Position numbers and translations under genes: made by a program. Shown here piece by piece: positions 1 through 15,329 of a stretch of 64,000 nucleotides of DNA (positions are counted from its first letter, which is position 1; each line of letters begins with the position of its first letter). Under the pieces are notes generated by a model. It searched no databases. It was not told the origin of the DNA and saw only the letters and a list, made by a program, of their open reading frames with translations. The stretch is from Zootoca vivipara (Eukaryota). The stretch lies in contig NC_083281.1 of assembly GCF_963506605.1 (NCBI RefSeq), forward strand, positions 57,784,001-57,848,000. Direction: 5' to 3'.

Positions 1-427
1 ACATGCACAAGCCAATAAGACAACAATACAACCCCACACACACAGCATAGAAACTGATATGGCTAATTTGACCCAACAATTCCCAATCCCTCACACACAT
101 GAACAAAATTCACTGCAGCCAACCTAAAGCAACCAACCATGCTCTGGGCTCCTAAATCTCCTGCACCGTCAATGAAAATAAATAAATGAATAAAGAACCT
201 ATCCATGTGATGCTGACACAAAACTTGACACGTACACTTTGCAAAAGAAGGAAATAACACTACCCCTTCTCCCCCTCTCCTCTTCCCCACCCCACCCTAA
301 CAATGCCTACAATAGTATCTCTCACCAAATGCAACTGAACTGTAGAAAAAACTATGAACTGAAAACAGAGGTGCTATAAGTACCTTTGTTATCCATGAAA
401 ATCTCTCAATAAAAAACCATCTTTAAA

Positions 428-579
428 AATGTGATCTATGTCATCACCTGTGAGAGAGGCCCTTCTGAATTCTACACAGGACAAACAGGCCAGTCTCAAC
501 ACAAATGGCAAAAAGATCCAGTACTATAACTCGTGGGCTGAACCAAGACAAAGCATTTTTAACCCATTTTATGTATTAA
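428..579 (+). mobile_element. Penelope-like element GIY-YIG endonuclease relic
   Basis: 428-505 translates to NVIYVITCERGPSEFYTGQTGQSQHK (PLE pattern NVIY..C..C...YIGQT). 535-579 translates to GLNQDKAFLTHFMY* (C-terminal GLN motif). The middle of the domain is deleted. Confidence 0.75.
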
Positions 580-756
580 TTGGATTATAAATGTGAATTA
601 TCACAGTTACTTAGGTACTTGCAACTGCCTTTACTCTTCTGTATTTCACTTCATTTTCACACTGCTTACAATACCCCTCCCTTGCAAACCATGTGTTTCT
701 ACTGTTGCTGTAGATCAGAGTTTTCAAAATTTTATTTTTATTTAACAAAATTTATA

Positions 757-1006
757 CAGTTGAACCTTGGAGCACAAACACCTTGCGATTCAAACGTTTT
801 GGCTCCCAAAAGCTGCAAACCTGGAAGTGAATGTTCCAGTTTGTGAATGTTCTTTGGAACCCGAATGTCCGACGTGACTTCCACGGCTTCCAATTGGCTG
901 CAGGAGCTTCCTGCAGGCAATTGGAAGCCGCACCTTGGTTTCCGAAAATTTTGGAAGTCGAACGGACTTCCGGAACGGATTCTGTTCGACTTCCAAGGTA
1001 CCACTG
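757..1006. mobile_element. Tc1/mariner-type MITE
   Basis: TA flanks (755-756, 1007-1008), imperfect TIRs CAGTTGAACCTTGG / CCAAGGTACCACTG, and internal palindromy. Confidence 0.8.
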
Positions 1007-1057
1007 TATACTGCTTGGTTGCAACAGAACCTCCAAGAAGCTTACAAGAAATAAAAA

Positions 1058-2517
1058 ATAATTAAGAACAAGAAGTTAAAACATTTAAATGGCAACTAAC
1101 ACCAGCAGCAAAGCAAAAAGAGAATAACACATGACACAATATACGTGCCTGGATAGTCTTGCCTAAACAAAAATATTTTAAGCTGGTCCCAAAGAGTACA
1201 GCTAAGGTGCCTGCTGGATGTCAATAGGCAGGGAGTTCAAAATTGTAGATGCTGCATCACTAAAATATTTGTTTCTTTACAAGTGTGGAATGAGTATTGT
1301 GTGGCAGCTGTAACAGTGCCCATTCCATACATCAAAGCAGTCAAGTGGACACCTATAAGGTAAGGTCATCTCACAAGGATAACAAAGGGATACTAAATTT
1401 ACGCCAAATTATGATATAAAGGAAAATTTATTAAAAATGCATTATAGATGGCACCTTACGCCAGCCAAATTGGCAAAAATGTATAAAGGAACAAATAATG
1501 TTGGAGATGCCACAAGGAAACTGGCACATACATCCACATGTGGTGGCAGTGTAAAGACATCACGGTGTTTTGGGAAATGGTTTATAGAGAACTAAAGAAG
1601 ATGTTGATATAATCTTTCAAAAAAAGTCTGGAAATTTTCCTTCTAGGAATGATGGGAGATGATATCCGAGCCAAAGACAGGTGCCTAATGAGTTATGCTA
1701 CAGCAACACCCAGACTACTTGTTGCAAAAGATTGGAAGTCTCAGAGAATACCAAATAAAGAAGATTGGCAACTCAAATTATTAATGTATTACAATATGGC
1801 AACAAAATATGAAGAAGTTAAAGGAATTAAGGAAAATAAAAGAGGGGAAAATTGGAAACTGTTTACAGAGTATATTAAATGCCGGTAGAGAAAACAGATC
1901 TCTTTTCAGCCTTTTAAAAAGCTCAAACAAATGAGTTATAAAAGAAAAATAAATTAAAATAGTAATCTGCAGAGAATTGAAAGGAAAAATATAGCGTAGT
2001 ATAGAGATGGTTGAGAAGTAAAGGGAAAGGGGGGATGGAGGGAGGGCGTAAAAGGCACGGACCACAGGATTTATATTTTGTTTAAATATTTGTTTATATG
2101 TTATTATTTGTTTTTACACTTATATGTTATTATTTCTGTAATTTTTCTGGAAAATTAATAAAACTTGATTTAAAAAAGAAAGAAAGAAAAATAATTAAGA
2201 ACAAGCAGTTAAAACATTTAAATGGCAACTAGCATCAGCAGCAAAGCAAAAAGAGAATAACACATGACACAATATACGTTCCTGGATAGTCTTGCCTAAA
2301 CAAAAATCTTTTAAGCCGGTCCCAAAGAGTACAGCTAAGGTGCCTGCTGGATGTCAATAGGCAGGGAGTTCTAAATTGTAGGTGCTGCCTCACTAAAATA
2401 TTTGATTCTTTACAAGTGTGGAATGAGTATTGTGTGGCAGCTGTAACAGTGCCCATTCCATACATCAAAGCAGTCAAGCGGACACCTATAAGGTAAGGTC
2501 ATCTCACAAGGATAACA
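1058..2517 (+). repeat. ~327-bp direct duplication (1058-1384 and 2191-2517) flanking an L1 fragment
   Basis: Constant offset of 1133 at both ends, no indels, about 11 mismatches by manual comparison. Confidence 0.92.
1385..2190 (+). mobile_element. Degenerate L1-clade LINE 3' fragment
   Basis: Remnants of the ORF2 C-terminus (KMHYRWHLTPAKLAKMY; RCHKETGTYIHMWWQC zinc knuckle; ATPRLLVAKDWK), homologous to the L1 at 25.5 kb. Ends in AATAAA and an A-rich tail. Confidence 0.88.
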
Positions 2518-2522
2518 CTTCA

Positions 2523-6955
<4,433 letters not shown>

Positions 6956-7227
6956 TGCCGGGCTCTCTGCGGGGAGGCAAGGAGGCACGCGAGTGAGCGG
7001 GAGGGGGGCGGCAAGGGGGGGGCGCCTAACGGTGGCTGGGAAAATCCGGCTGCTGGAGGGCCTGCTCGGCAGTTCAGAGCCCCGCGGGACGCGCTGCCAC
7101 TGGACAACACACCGCGCTGAAAGCGGCAGGGGAAAGAGCAGCAGCAGCGCCGCCGCGTCCGCTGGCCCGGCTTCGCTTTGCCTTCGGGATAGAGACGGGG
7201 GCAGAGCCCTGCCAGCCTCAGCCTCAC

Positions 7228-7510
7228 CCTCCGCCGCCGCGCGGCCGCCGCTTCAAGGCCTGACCCTCCACTCGCCGGGCGCCGCCATTGCCCGCCCCAC
7301 AATGCCCCGCGACGGCAGCTGCGACGGCCTCTCCCCGCGCCATAGAGTCCGTCATAGAATGTGGAACAGCGCGGCTCCTAGACCGGCCTTTTGCGGAGGC
7401 GGGATTTCCGGGTTGCCGCCGCCTGGAGGAGGGAAAGGAAAAGCCTCCCACAGGAAACCGCGCAAGGAGATCCCGGACTTCCGCGTAGCTGGAACGGAAG
7501 GCGGCAGAAC
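7228..7510 (-). promoter_or_regulatory. DHX38 CpG-island promoter and probable non-coding exon 1
   Basis: CpG-rich segment with ETS-like CTTCCG/CGGAAG motifs near 7475-7500. Donor GAGG|GTGAGG after 7228 and acceptor ccccgcag| before 6966. Confidence 0.7.
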
Positions 7511-7923
7511 TAGCAATTTTCCTTCAGAAGAGGAGGGGGATGTCGCTCCCTCAGACAGCTGTGAAAGCAGTTCAAGATCATGGACGGGAACGGGGCTAAT
7601 GCAGGGGTGGGGAGCTGGGGGGGGTCTTCATGGCCCTCCAGGTGCTGCCGCAACTTCCAGCAGCCAGCATGGCCAGAGACGAGGATGGGAATTGATGTCC
7701 AACCATCCTCTGCTGGACCGGAAGTTCCCCAGCCATAGGTCATGGAATAGTAGAGTCGGAAGGGGCCGCGGGGGTAATCTAGTCCAAGTGGTGGTGGGTC
7801 GAGACCCGCTTGTGGGTCGCAACAGCAGCGCCACCGCTATGCAAATATGTGGTAAACGATTACAAGATCGGTCCCCAAATGCATGTTCGGTTAAAGGCGG
7901 GTCTAGAGACTGAAAAGGTTGAA

Positions 7924-8037
7924 ACAAAATAAAAAAAAATTGCTTCCAGTAGCACCTTAGAGACCAACTAAGTTTGTCATTGGTATGAGCTTTCATGTGC
8001 ATGCACACTTCTTCAGATACACTGAAACAGAAGTTGA
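7924..8037 (-). mobile_element. Short Penelope-like pLTR insertion (variant A)
   Basis: 17-bp direct repeat AGACTGAAAAGGTTGAA at 7907-7923 and 8038-8054. Homologous to the copies at 8.2, 29.6, 57.4 and 58.8 kb. Confidence 0.85.
7983..8020 (-). ncRNA. Minimal type I hammerhead ribozyme motif
   Basis: Minus strand reads GUAU-CUGAAGA-A-GUGUG CAUG CACAU-GAAA-GC-UC^AUAC. It has the conserved core CUGANGA/GAAA/UH, stem I GUAU:AUAC, a 5-bp stem II with a G.U closing pair, and a palindromic AGCU stem III. Confidence 0.8.
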
Positions 8038-8208
8038 AGACTGAAAAGGTTGAAGACTGCGGGTCTAGGAGACCTACAGCCAGCCGACAGAGGGGCAAAC
8101 GCGAGTCCCGCGCTCTCTAGCCAAAGTGGCTCGGATTGCAGCCGGTTGAGTTTTCAGAGGCCCGAAAATCCCACGCAGCAGAAGGGCCACTCTTACTCTT
8201 TATGTCTA

Positions 8209-8294
8209 AGCAAAATAAAAAAATTCCTTCAGTAGCACCTTAAAAGACCAACTAAGTTTTTATTTTGGTATGAGCTTTCGTGTGCATGCACACT
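8209..8294 (-). mobile_element. Short Penelope-like pLTR insertion (variant B), truncated within the hammerhead core
   Basis: 12-bp direct repeat TCTTTATGTCTA at 8197-8208 and 8295-8306. Retains stem II-GAAAGCUC-AUACC but not CUGA. Confidence 0.85.
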
Positions 8295-9015
8295 TCTTTA
8301 TGTCTAGGGTGACATAACCGGTTGTCCCGGCGACAGACGAGCCTCTTGGCCCGGGGGCGGGGCTTCTCCGGATCCGCCTCCTCCCGCCCTTCCTACGTCG
8401 GCGCCAATTCAGCCCCACCTCACACGGCTGGAGAGTCTGGCGGGGTGACTTACGCTGTTCACGCCCTTGCGAGTCACTCCTTGGCCGGGGGGGGGGGGTT
8501 GTCTGGCGCCTTTTGCGTCCAGCTGCCATCCTTTTATTCTGCATGGGTGTAATTGAGGGTCAATTCCTAGGATAACCTCCCATTCACTGCTGCAAAGCCT
8601 GCATTGGGTGCCAGGGCACAACCCCCTTACCACTGAAAGACAAATACACTGGGTCTTCAAAGGATGCCCCTCTCCCCTCACCAGAGCTCTCAGGACGCTG
8701 CAGATTTACTCCTGGAGCTGGCACCTCTTCAAGCCACGGTCCGAGGGCAGCTGCAGGGGCCTTCACCATGAGAGAACTTCTACCCTTGGGAGGTGCCTAT
8801 GCCTGGCCCTCATGGAGAAGTGAAACAATACCCCCCCCCTTTTAGATTTACTTTTAATAGTTAAAGAGAAGTCCCCACCACCACCACTGGCAATGTTTTT
8901 TAACCTTTTGTATGTTGATCTCCATCATAAAACGTGAAATATGACATTGTCATACCAAATTTAAAAACATAATAAAATAAAAAACAAAATAAACATAACA
9001 AGTTTAAAGAAAAGC

Positions 9016-9021
9016 TTTATT
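9016..9021 (-). terminator. Probable DHODH polyadenylation signal
   Basis: AATAAA on the minus strand followed by U-rich sequence, about 1.6 kb after the gap. Confidence 0.5.
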
Positions 9022-10643
9022 GAAATACCACCCAGAAAAAGATCCACCTTCCTCTGAAGGCAAGGCAGGGAACAAAATCCCACAGCCCCCTCAGAGCAAT
9101 GCTGATCGTGCCCCCATCCTCAGCATCCTAAGTTCAAGAGTGGGGCTCTGGGATGAAACAGAGAAAATATTTCTGCCATACTCCCATTTTCCTTAATTCC
9201 ATCTGAGAGAGACTGAATCACACTGCAGACCTGACTCTGTTGGGTCTCAGCAGATGAGGGGAATTCCTTGACTTTGTCTTGCCTGAGGATATGCACAGAT
9301 CCTAGCCCTCTGTGTTGCTTGATAGTTTCCGATTAAAGAAGCCAGCCCAAGCCTGGCCTACTTGACTTGTGTCAATGTTTGCTCACACTTAGTACCTGCT
9401 GGTCAGCAAAAGTTTGTATTAAGAAGTACACTGTGAAGCTCTTAAGGGAGGCACTTTTTTGTTCCTTGCTGGAAAAACAATGGACCCAGCAGATCTTGAT
9501 GGAAGCCCCCCTGCCCTCATGTAAGGGAAGACGAGGGGGCCAGCAAGACTACGAGCAGAAACATGCTGGATGCTACCACGCTGACCTGGGCAAACAAGCA
9601 TCTCTATGCCCACAGAGTCCCTGCTGTCACACTAAGCCCATGCCAGGAGTCCTCAGAGGCCATGATCTGCACCCACAGCATCCTGCACACTCTGGAATCC
9701 TTGCTCCCTGCACAAAGGAGAAAACAGCACAGAGTGAGTAGATCAGTCTCTGGCCCTGCAGTCTTCTTGGTGCCTAGAAAGATAAAACCTCAACCCAAGC
9801 AAAGTCTGTATTTGCTTAAGATACCAGCTTCCCACTTGGGTCCCCACCTCCCTCCCCAGCTACAAAAGGTAAACAGAAAAGCTTATGCCTGTAGAGCAGA
9901 TCCTTGTACTTTGTAGGGAGGGGACCTGTGACCTGCAGGCGAGTCACAGGAAACCAAGGATGTGAAATACCCACAGGATCAGGACCACTTTCTCCTCTAC
10001 GTAGTACATATTTGATTGTTTGGATAAGACAACAGATGCACAGGTATACAGAATAGAAAGCAAGGTCTGTTATTACTTGTTTTGGGACTACTGTTGTCCC
10101 AGACGTCAATTGCTTTAAAGCTGCCAGGGCTCCATAGACCACAAAATGACACAAAGGAACTGTGGTGGAGATAAGGTAATTTGTCATGATGGAGGTGGAA
10201 AGTAATTTGAGACTGGAGGTAAGGGACAGGTGGAAGAACAAGCAGCAGCAGGGGCTTCCAAGAGAAGATGGGCCAGGGGCCAGGAAGCAGATCTGGAGGA
10301 AAGGCAGGCTGGCTGGCAAGCAGAGTGTGGGAGGAAGAGAAGGAATGGATGTAATAGGCAGAGCCAGAGACAAAGAACATCAAGCAAGGAGGACCAGGTA
10401 CTTGATGTAAAGAGTAACAGAGATCAGCTTCTTGCAGTGTAATTAGAGAGCATACATGCAAAAAGAAGCCTAGCATGACAACCTAGGTGGGAGACAGTTT
10501 TGTGATCTGCTCAGCTCCCTCTACAGCCCAATCTCATGCTAGCAGCAATCTCATTCTGCTGTGCTTTCTGATCAGCATAACTTTGCTTGAATCTGAAGTT
10601 ACATCATAATGTATCTGCAACACACAGCCAGATTGAGGGTCCA

Positions 10644-10780
10644 NNNNNNNNNNNNNNNNNNNNNNNNNNNNNNNNNNNNNNNNNNNNNNNNNNNNNNNNN
10701 NNNNNNNNNNNNNNNNNNNNNNNNNNNNNNNNNNNNNNNNNNNNNNNNNNNNNNNNNNNNNNNNNNNNNNNNNNNNNNNN
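10644..10780. other. Assembly gap (137 N), likely hiding the last DHODH coding exon
   Basis: Exon 8 ends in a donor at 10810, and no C-terminal exon is visible on either side of the gap. Confidence 0.9.
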
Positions 10781-10809
10781 CTGGGAGCTGGGCCTAGCCT
10801 GGCACTCAC

Positions 10810-13800
10810 CTTAACAGAGCCTCCAGCTCCTGTTTCACAACACCCACCACAGGTGGCCCACGGTAGGTGAGGGCAGTGTACATCTGCACCAAGGAGGCCC
10901 CTGCACGGATCTTGTCCAAGGCATCTTGCCCGCTGGAGACTCCACCTACACCAATGATGGGGACCCGTCCTGAGGGGGAAGAAGAGGCTGCTAGTGGGAG
11001 GGATTCTGGTGTCCCTCCTACCTGCACCCCCTCCCTCCCTCCCTCCAACCTCTATCTCCTTACCCTGGGTGAGAGAGTACATCTCGCTGACCAGCTGAGT
11101 GGAGAGGTCTCGCAGGGGAGCTCCGCTTAGACCCCCTACCTCCTCACGAAGAGCTGCACGCAAGGTGCTGGGGCGGCTCACAGTGGTGTTGGTGACCACC
11201 AGTCCATCAACGCCTAACTGGGAAAAAGGGAGCAGTGTCAAGCCTCAGAGCCGCAGCCTCCTCCTATGCGCTGCCCTCCTTCCCACAGTGGTGGCCCAGA
11301 AAGTCTAGCCCCGCCCCATTCTCACTCTTATTTAAAGAAAATTTATGAGACCACTTGATCAAAAATCTACAGTATATATCTCCCAAGCAGCGTACAAATA
11401 TAGCTTAAGCTAAAACACAGATGAAATCCACAGTTCACTAAAAGCAAAGGTATGTAAAGCCACCTCAATTCAAAACAAAGATAAATTCAATAAATACTTA
11501 AAGCCGATATAGGTGACTAAATTACATGTCTGGGTAGGCTTGCAAAAACAAAGGTTTTCCGGCAGAATCCAAGAAGAAGAAGAGTTTGGATTTAAAATCC
11601 CGCTTTATCACTACCCGAAGGAGTCTCAAAGTAGCTAACATTATCCTTTCCCTTCCTCCCCCACAACAAACACCCTGTGAGGTGGGTGGGGATGAGAGAC
11701 TTCAAAGAAGTGTGACTAGGCCAAGGTCACCCAGCAGCTGCATGTGGAGGAGCGGGGACGCGAACCCGGTTCCCCAGATTACGAGTCTACCGCTCTTAAC
11801 CACTACACCACACTGGCTCTCAATATAGTGAGGGTGTCTGCCCAGTATCAAGAAGCAGGAAGTTCCATGTGCTGTTATGCTTACAAGATTGCTTTTGCAA
11901 GGAGTGCAGAGTGGCAGGTGTAAAAGTGCAAGTTCCACTGATGGAAGTGATCAAAGAGGCCCACATGAGGCAAGGTGATCTCTTAAGGGAGCTGCTCTAG
12001 AACAAGGCATAAAAGGACAAACCAACCAGGAATAACTGAGGCATCAGCCAGGCAAAACTACCCCTGCCTGCCCACCCCTGCATCACCTCGGAGACAACAC
12101 TGGCAATGTCCTGCTTGTCTTGGGCTGTGAGGTCTGGAGCAATTTTCACCAGTACAGCCGGCTTGTGCTTGCATGCCAAAGCGTCCCTCTCAGCCAGCAC
12201 CTGCCAAGAAGCACAGAGCCGTCAGCCAAAGATCACGTTCACACTGCCCAGAAGGGCACATGATTACAAGCACAACACGGCTAGGAGAGGGGAACTGCCC
12301 CTGCTATAAACTAGGGACAGAAGCTGAGCTCTGCATAGCAGGAGAGGCTCAGCAGCAGGATCCAAAGGGCAGGTATGGAAGGAGGGGAAGACAGAAGCAG
12401 CCTCCTGTAGGTTCACCACCAACATCTGGAGTCAAGGCTGCTGCACATGTACAAGGTTCTCAATCAGGCACGCATTCAACTCCTGCAGTAGGATGTGTGA
12501 ACAATGTACCAGCAAAACCCTGGCCTTCCTTTGCCAGGCACTTTTTAATAAATGAGAAATGGGAGCAACAGGCTGCTTCTCCTTTGCTCCAATCAGCTGC
12601 TGCCCCCCGCGCAGAGAGCAAGCCCTAAATGTGTGCCAGAGAGCAGCCTGGTTGCTTACTGGAGGGGACCAAGAAGCTAGGTAATGCTCTTGGGGCAAGA
12701 GACCCACCTTGGCCAACAGGAGGCGCAGCTCCGCTTTGCCTTGAAGGGCCCGCAGTCCAGGCGTGTTGGGGCTGGAAATGTTCACCACCAGGTAATCGGC
12801 CAGCGGGCCCAGTACCCGCACACCTGCCACGTAGTCGGCTGCTGCATCCACAGAGGCCTTGTTCTTGCCAAGATTTATTCCAAGAGGCATACCCGCTAGG
12901 AAGGGGGAGTATGCACAAACAGAAGCCACTCAGACAGGGAGGGCGATAGCAAAGACGACTGCCACGTAAGGAATCCCTGATGAGGTGGGCAGACACACAA
13001 GAGATTTCCCTAGGGCCAAGGTGGGCCTGTCAGGGCTGGGCAAAAGGAAGCAGCCACTGGCACTGAGGCAGGCACCGCTCCTAACCAGAGATGCTCTGGG
13101 AAGGGTCCAGGGCAGGATCAAGAAATCCTCCACTAATCAATTGCATGATTATTTGCTCCTTGCCACTCTTCACGCTCCCTGAAAGCTCTTCTCCAGATCT
13201 GACTGCCACAAGCATGTACTAATACAGCAGCAATTGGGTGGGGGAAAGAAGGGAGCAGGGATTTTCCATGGCTCATGGGGTGGGAGGACACAAGCCACCT
13301 CACCTGAGCTGAGCTGAAGCTGAGTTTCTCGTCGGGCTTGAAGTCTGTGCTCCACCACTGCATGCCCGTGGCTGTTGAACCCATACCTAGAAAGTGGTGG
13401 ACACAGCTCAGGTAAATACCACCACCCCTCTCTTCCCCAATACATCACCACCTCCTCCACTGCAGGAGAGGTTTGTCAAAGGCTCACCCTCGCCACCCCC
13501 CTCTGTTCCAGCCTCCTACCTGTTAATAATGGCCTGGTCCTCTGGCAGCCGGAAGACACGGGGCCTAGGGTTCCCCTCTTGGGGCTCTGGGGTGACACTC
13601 CCCACCTCCACAAAGCCAAATCCCATCTTGTAGAGTCCATCTACAGCCTCTCCATGCTTGTCAAAACCAGCAGCCAGGCCAAGAGGGTTCCGAAACCGGC
13701 GCCCAAAGACTTCCACTGCCTGGGAAGCCAATTAAGCACCAGTTAACCAGCAGAAAGCCTTAGGCAGCAGAAGAGACGAGCAAGGCCCCATCCTGTCCCA

Positions 13801-15329
13801 GGAGAGAGAGGGCATGCCAGGCCCACAGGAAGGGATTGGGAGCAGTAGGATGAGAGGCAGGGCCTAAAGCAGGAGCACAGCAGCCTCTGACTGCCAGTCA
13901 TCTGCATAGTTTACGCACCAATGCATCCGAGTCAGCTTGGCTTGAGCAGGGCAGGATCCCCAGAGCAACAAAGCGCACAGCCAGTCTGTGGGCTGTCTCG
14001 GGCCCCACCACTCTCTGCAGGAGTGGCATCAGCTGTGCAGCGTAGAAGTGCTCATCTCCCTTGACCACCAGGTATGAGGTGAAGATCAGGCTGCCCCCAC
14101 CGAGAATCACTGTTGCCTCCTTAAAGCGTCGCTGGGAGAGCAAAGAGAGTGAGATACACCCCCAAGCCTACAGCCCACCCAACCCCTGGAGAACGGGAGG
14201 AGGAAGGTCTACCACCCTGCTCCACCCTAACACACCCACAGAACTTGTCTGGAATATCTGGGTTAAAGCCCCAAGTTGGCTTTGGCTAGACCAGGCCAAG
14301 CTACCCTGCCTCCTCACCCCAATTGGGATAATACTGACTCTAAAATTGAGAAAGCAGCTGGTCCGCATGGGGCACTCTGAAAGGGCCAAACGCAGCAGGA
14401 ATCCTGTTGAAGAGCTGCTGGTACTACCTGGGATGGCCAAAGGGGAGGATTTCAGATGCCACAACACAAGGAAGGCATAGCTTCCAATTACTACTGGCTC
14501 CTGGGAATGACTGGCCGGATCTGACAGGAGGCCTTTTGGTAGAGGAATCTGCCTCAAGCCCTTCAGCAGCTGCATGGCAGGCAGGAGAACCATTGCTGCT
14601 CAGCAAAAGCTGCACCCGCTCAACCTCTGCTTAATTTGGCTGTTGCTCCAGCCTACCCCAAAGGAGCAACACATAATTTGCTCTCACAGCTGCCCACTGG
14701 AGCCCTCCCAGCAACTACGTTAAAGCTGTGCGGTTCACTCAGGAACGGCAAGTACGGTAGCTGCGCACCCCCACCCACCCCAGATTTTTGGACCACCCAG
14801 GTCAGGGTTTCTTGCTCTGACTGGCATCGGCTCCATCCTCTCTCGAAGGCATAATACCTGCCCTGCAAACTTTGCTTAGTCCCTTTCAAGCAGTAAGAGG
14901 AGTTAAGCACAGTAGTGAAGGAGTTGCAACTTTCCCCTTGAAGTGGAGGTTGGTATCCTGGTCCTAGGCAACCCCACAGCTGCATGACTGCATATCGCCC
15001 TACAGCGCATCTAGCCCCGCCTCAAGACAGAAGAATCCACTCTACATTTCTCCATTAGTTGCTTCAAACCAGCAACACGGGTGGGTGGGTACGCGCGCAG
15101 AGCGCTGCGGGAGGCAAATAATTTGCCCATCGAGTATCGCCTGCTCTGACTGGCAAAGGCAGGCCTTCCTCCAGGCTCTCCCCGGCAGAGCAGAGGCTCT
15201 TTCTTCACAGGGTACCTCGACCTGCAAAATGCCTGCTCTGGCACGAAGCTACGGCCCTCCCTTCAGCCCAGCGCCCGCCCACTGTGCGACCTTCCTCACC
15301 CAGAGCGACGCGCCCGCAACTCCTGCCAT
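10810..15329 (-). CDS. DHODH: Dihydroorotate dehydrogenase (quinone), mitochondrial; exons 1-8 visible
   Basis: Exons 15329-15300 ([17 protein letters not shown]|GTGAGG; least certain), 14131-13919, 13719-13520, 13386-13304, 12895-12708, 12200-12087, 11217-11064, 10969-10810. Motifs [42 protein letters not shown]. Confidence 0.96.
11572..11820 (-). mobile_element. tRNA-derived SINE (Squam3-like) with (CTT)n tail
   Basis: Minus-strand head AGCCAGTGTGGTGTAGTGGTTAAGAGCGG...GGTTCGCGT with A/B boxes. Near-identical copy at 30230-30477. Confidence 0.8.

Noticed and set aside
7830-7860. Octamer ATGCAAAT suggesting an snRNA-type distal element
   Set aside because: No PSE or recognisable snRNA body nearby; a single 8-mer is expected by chance.
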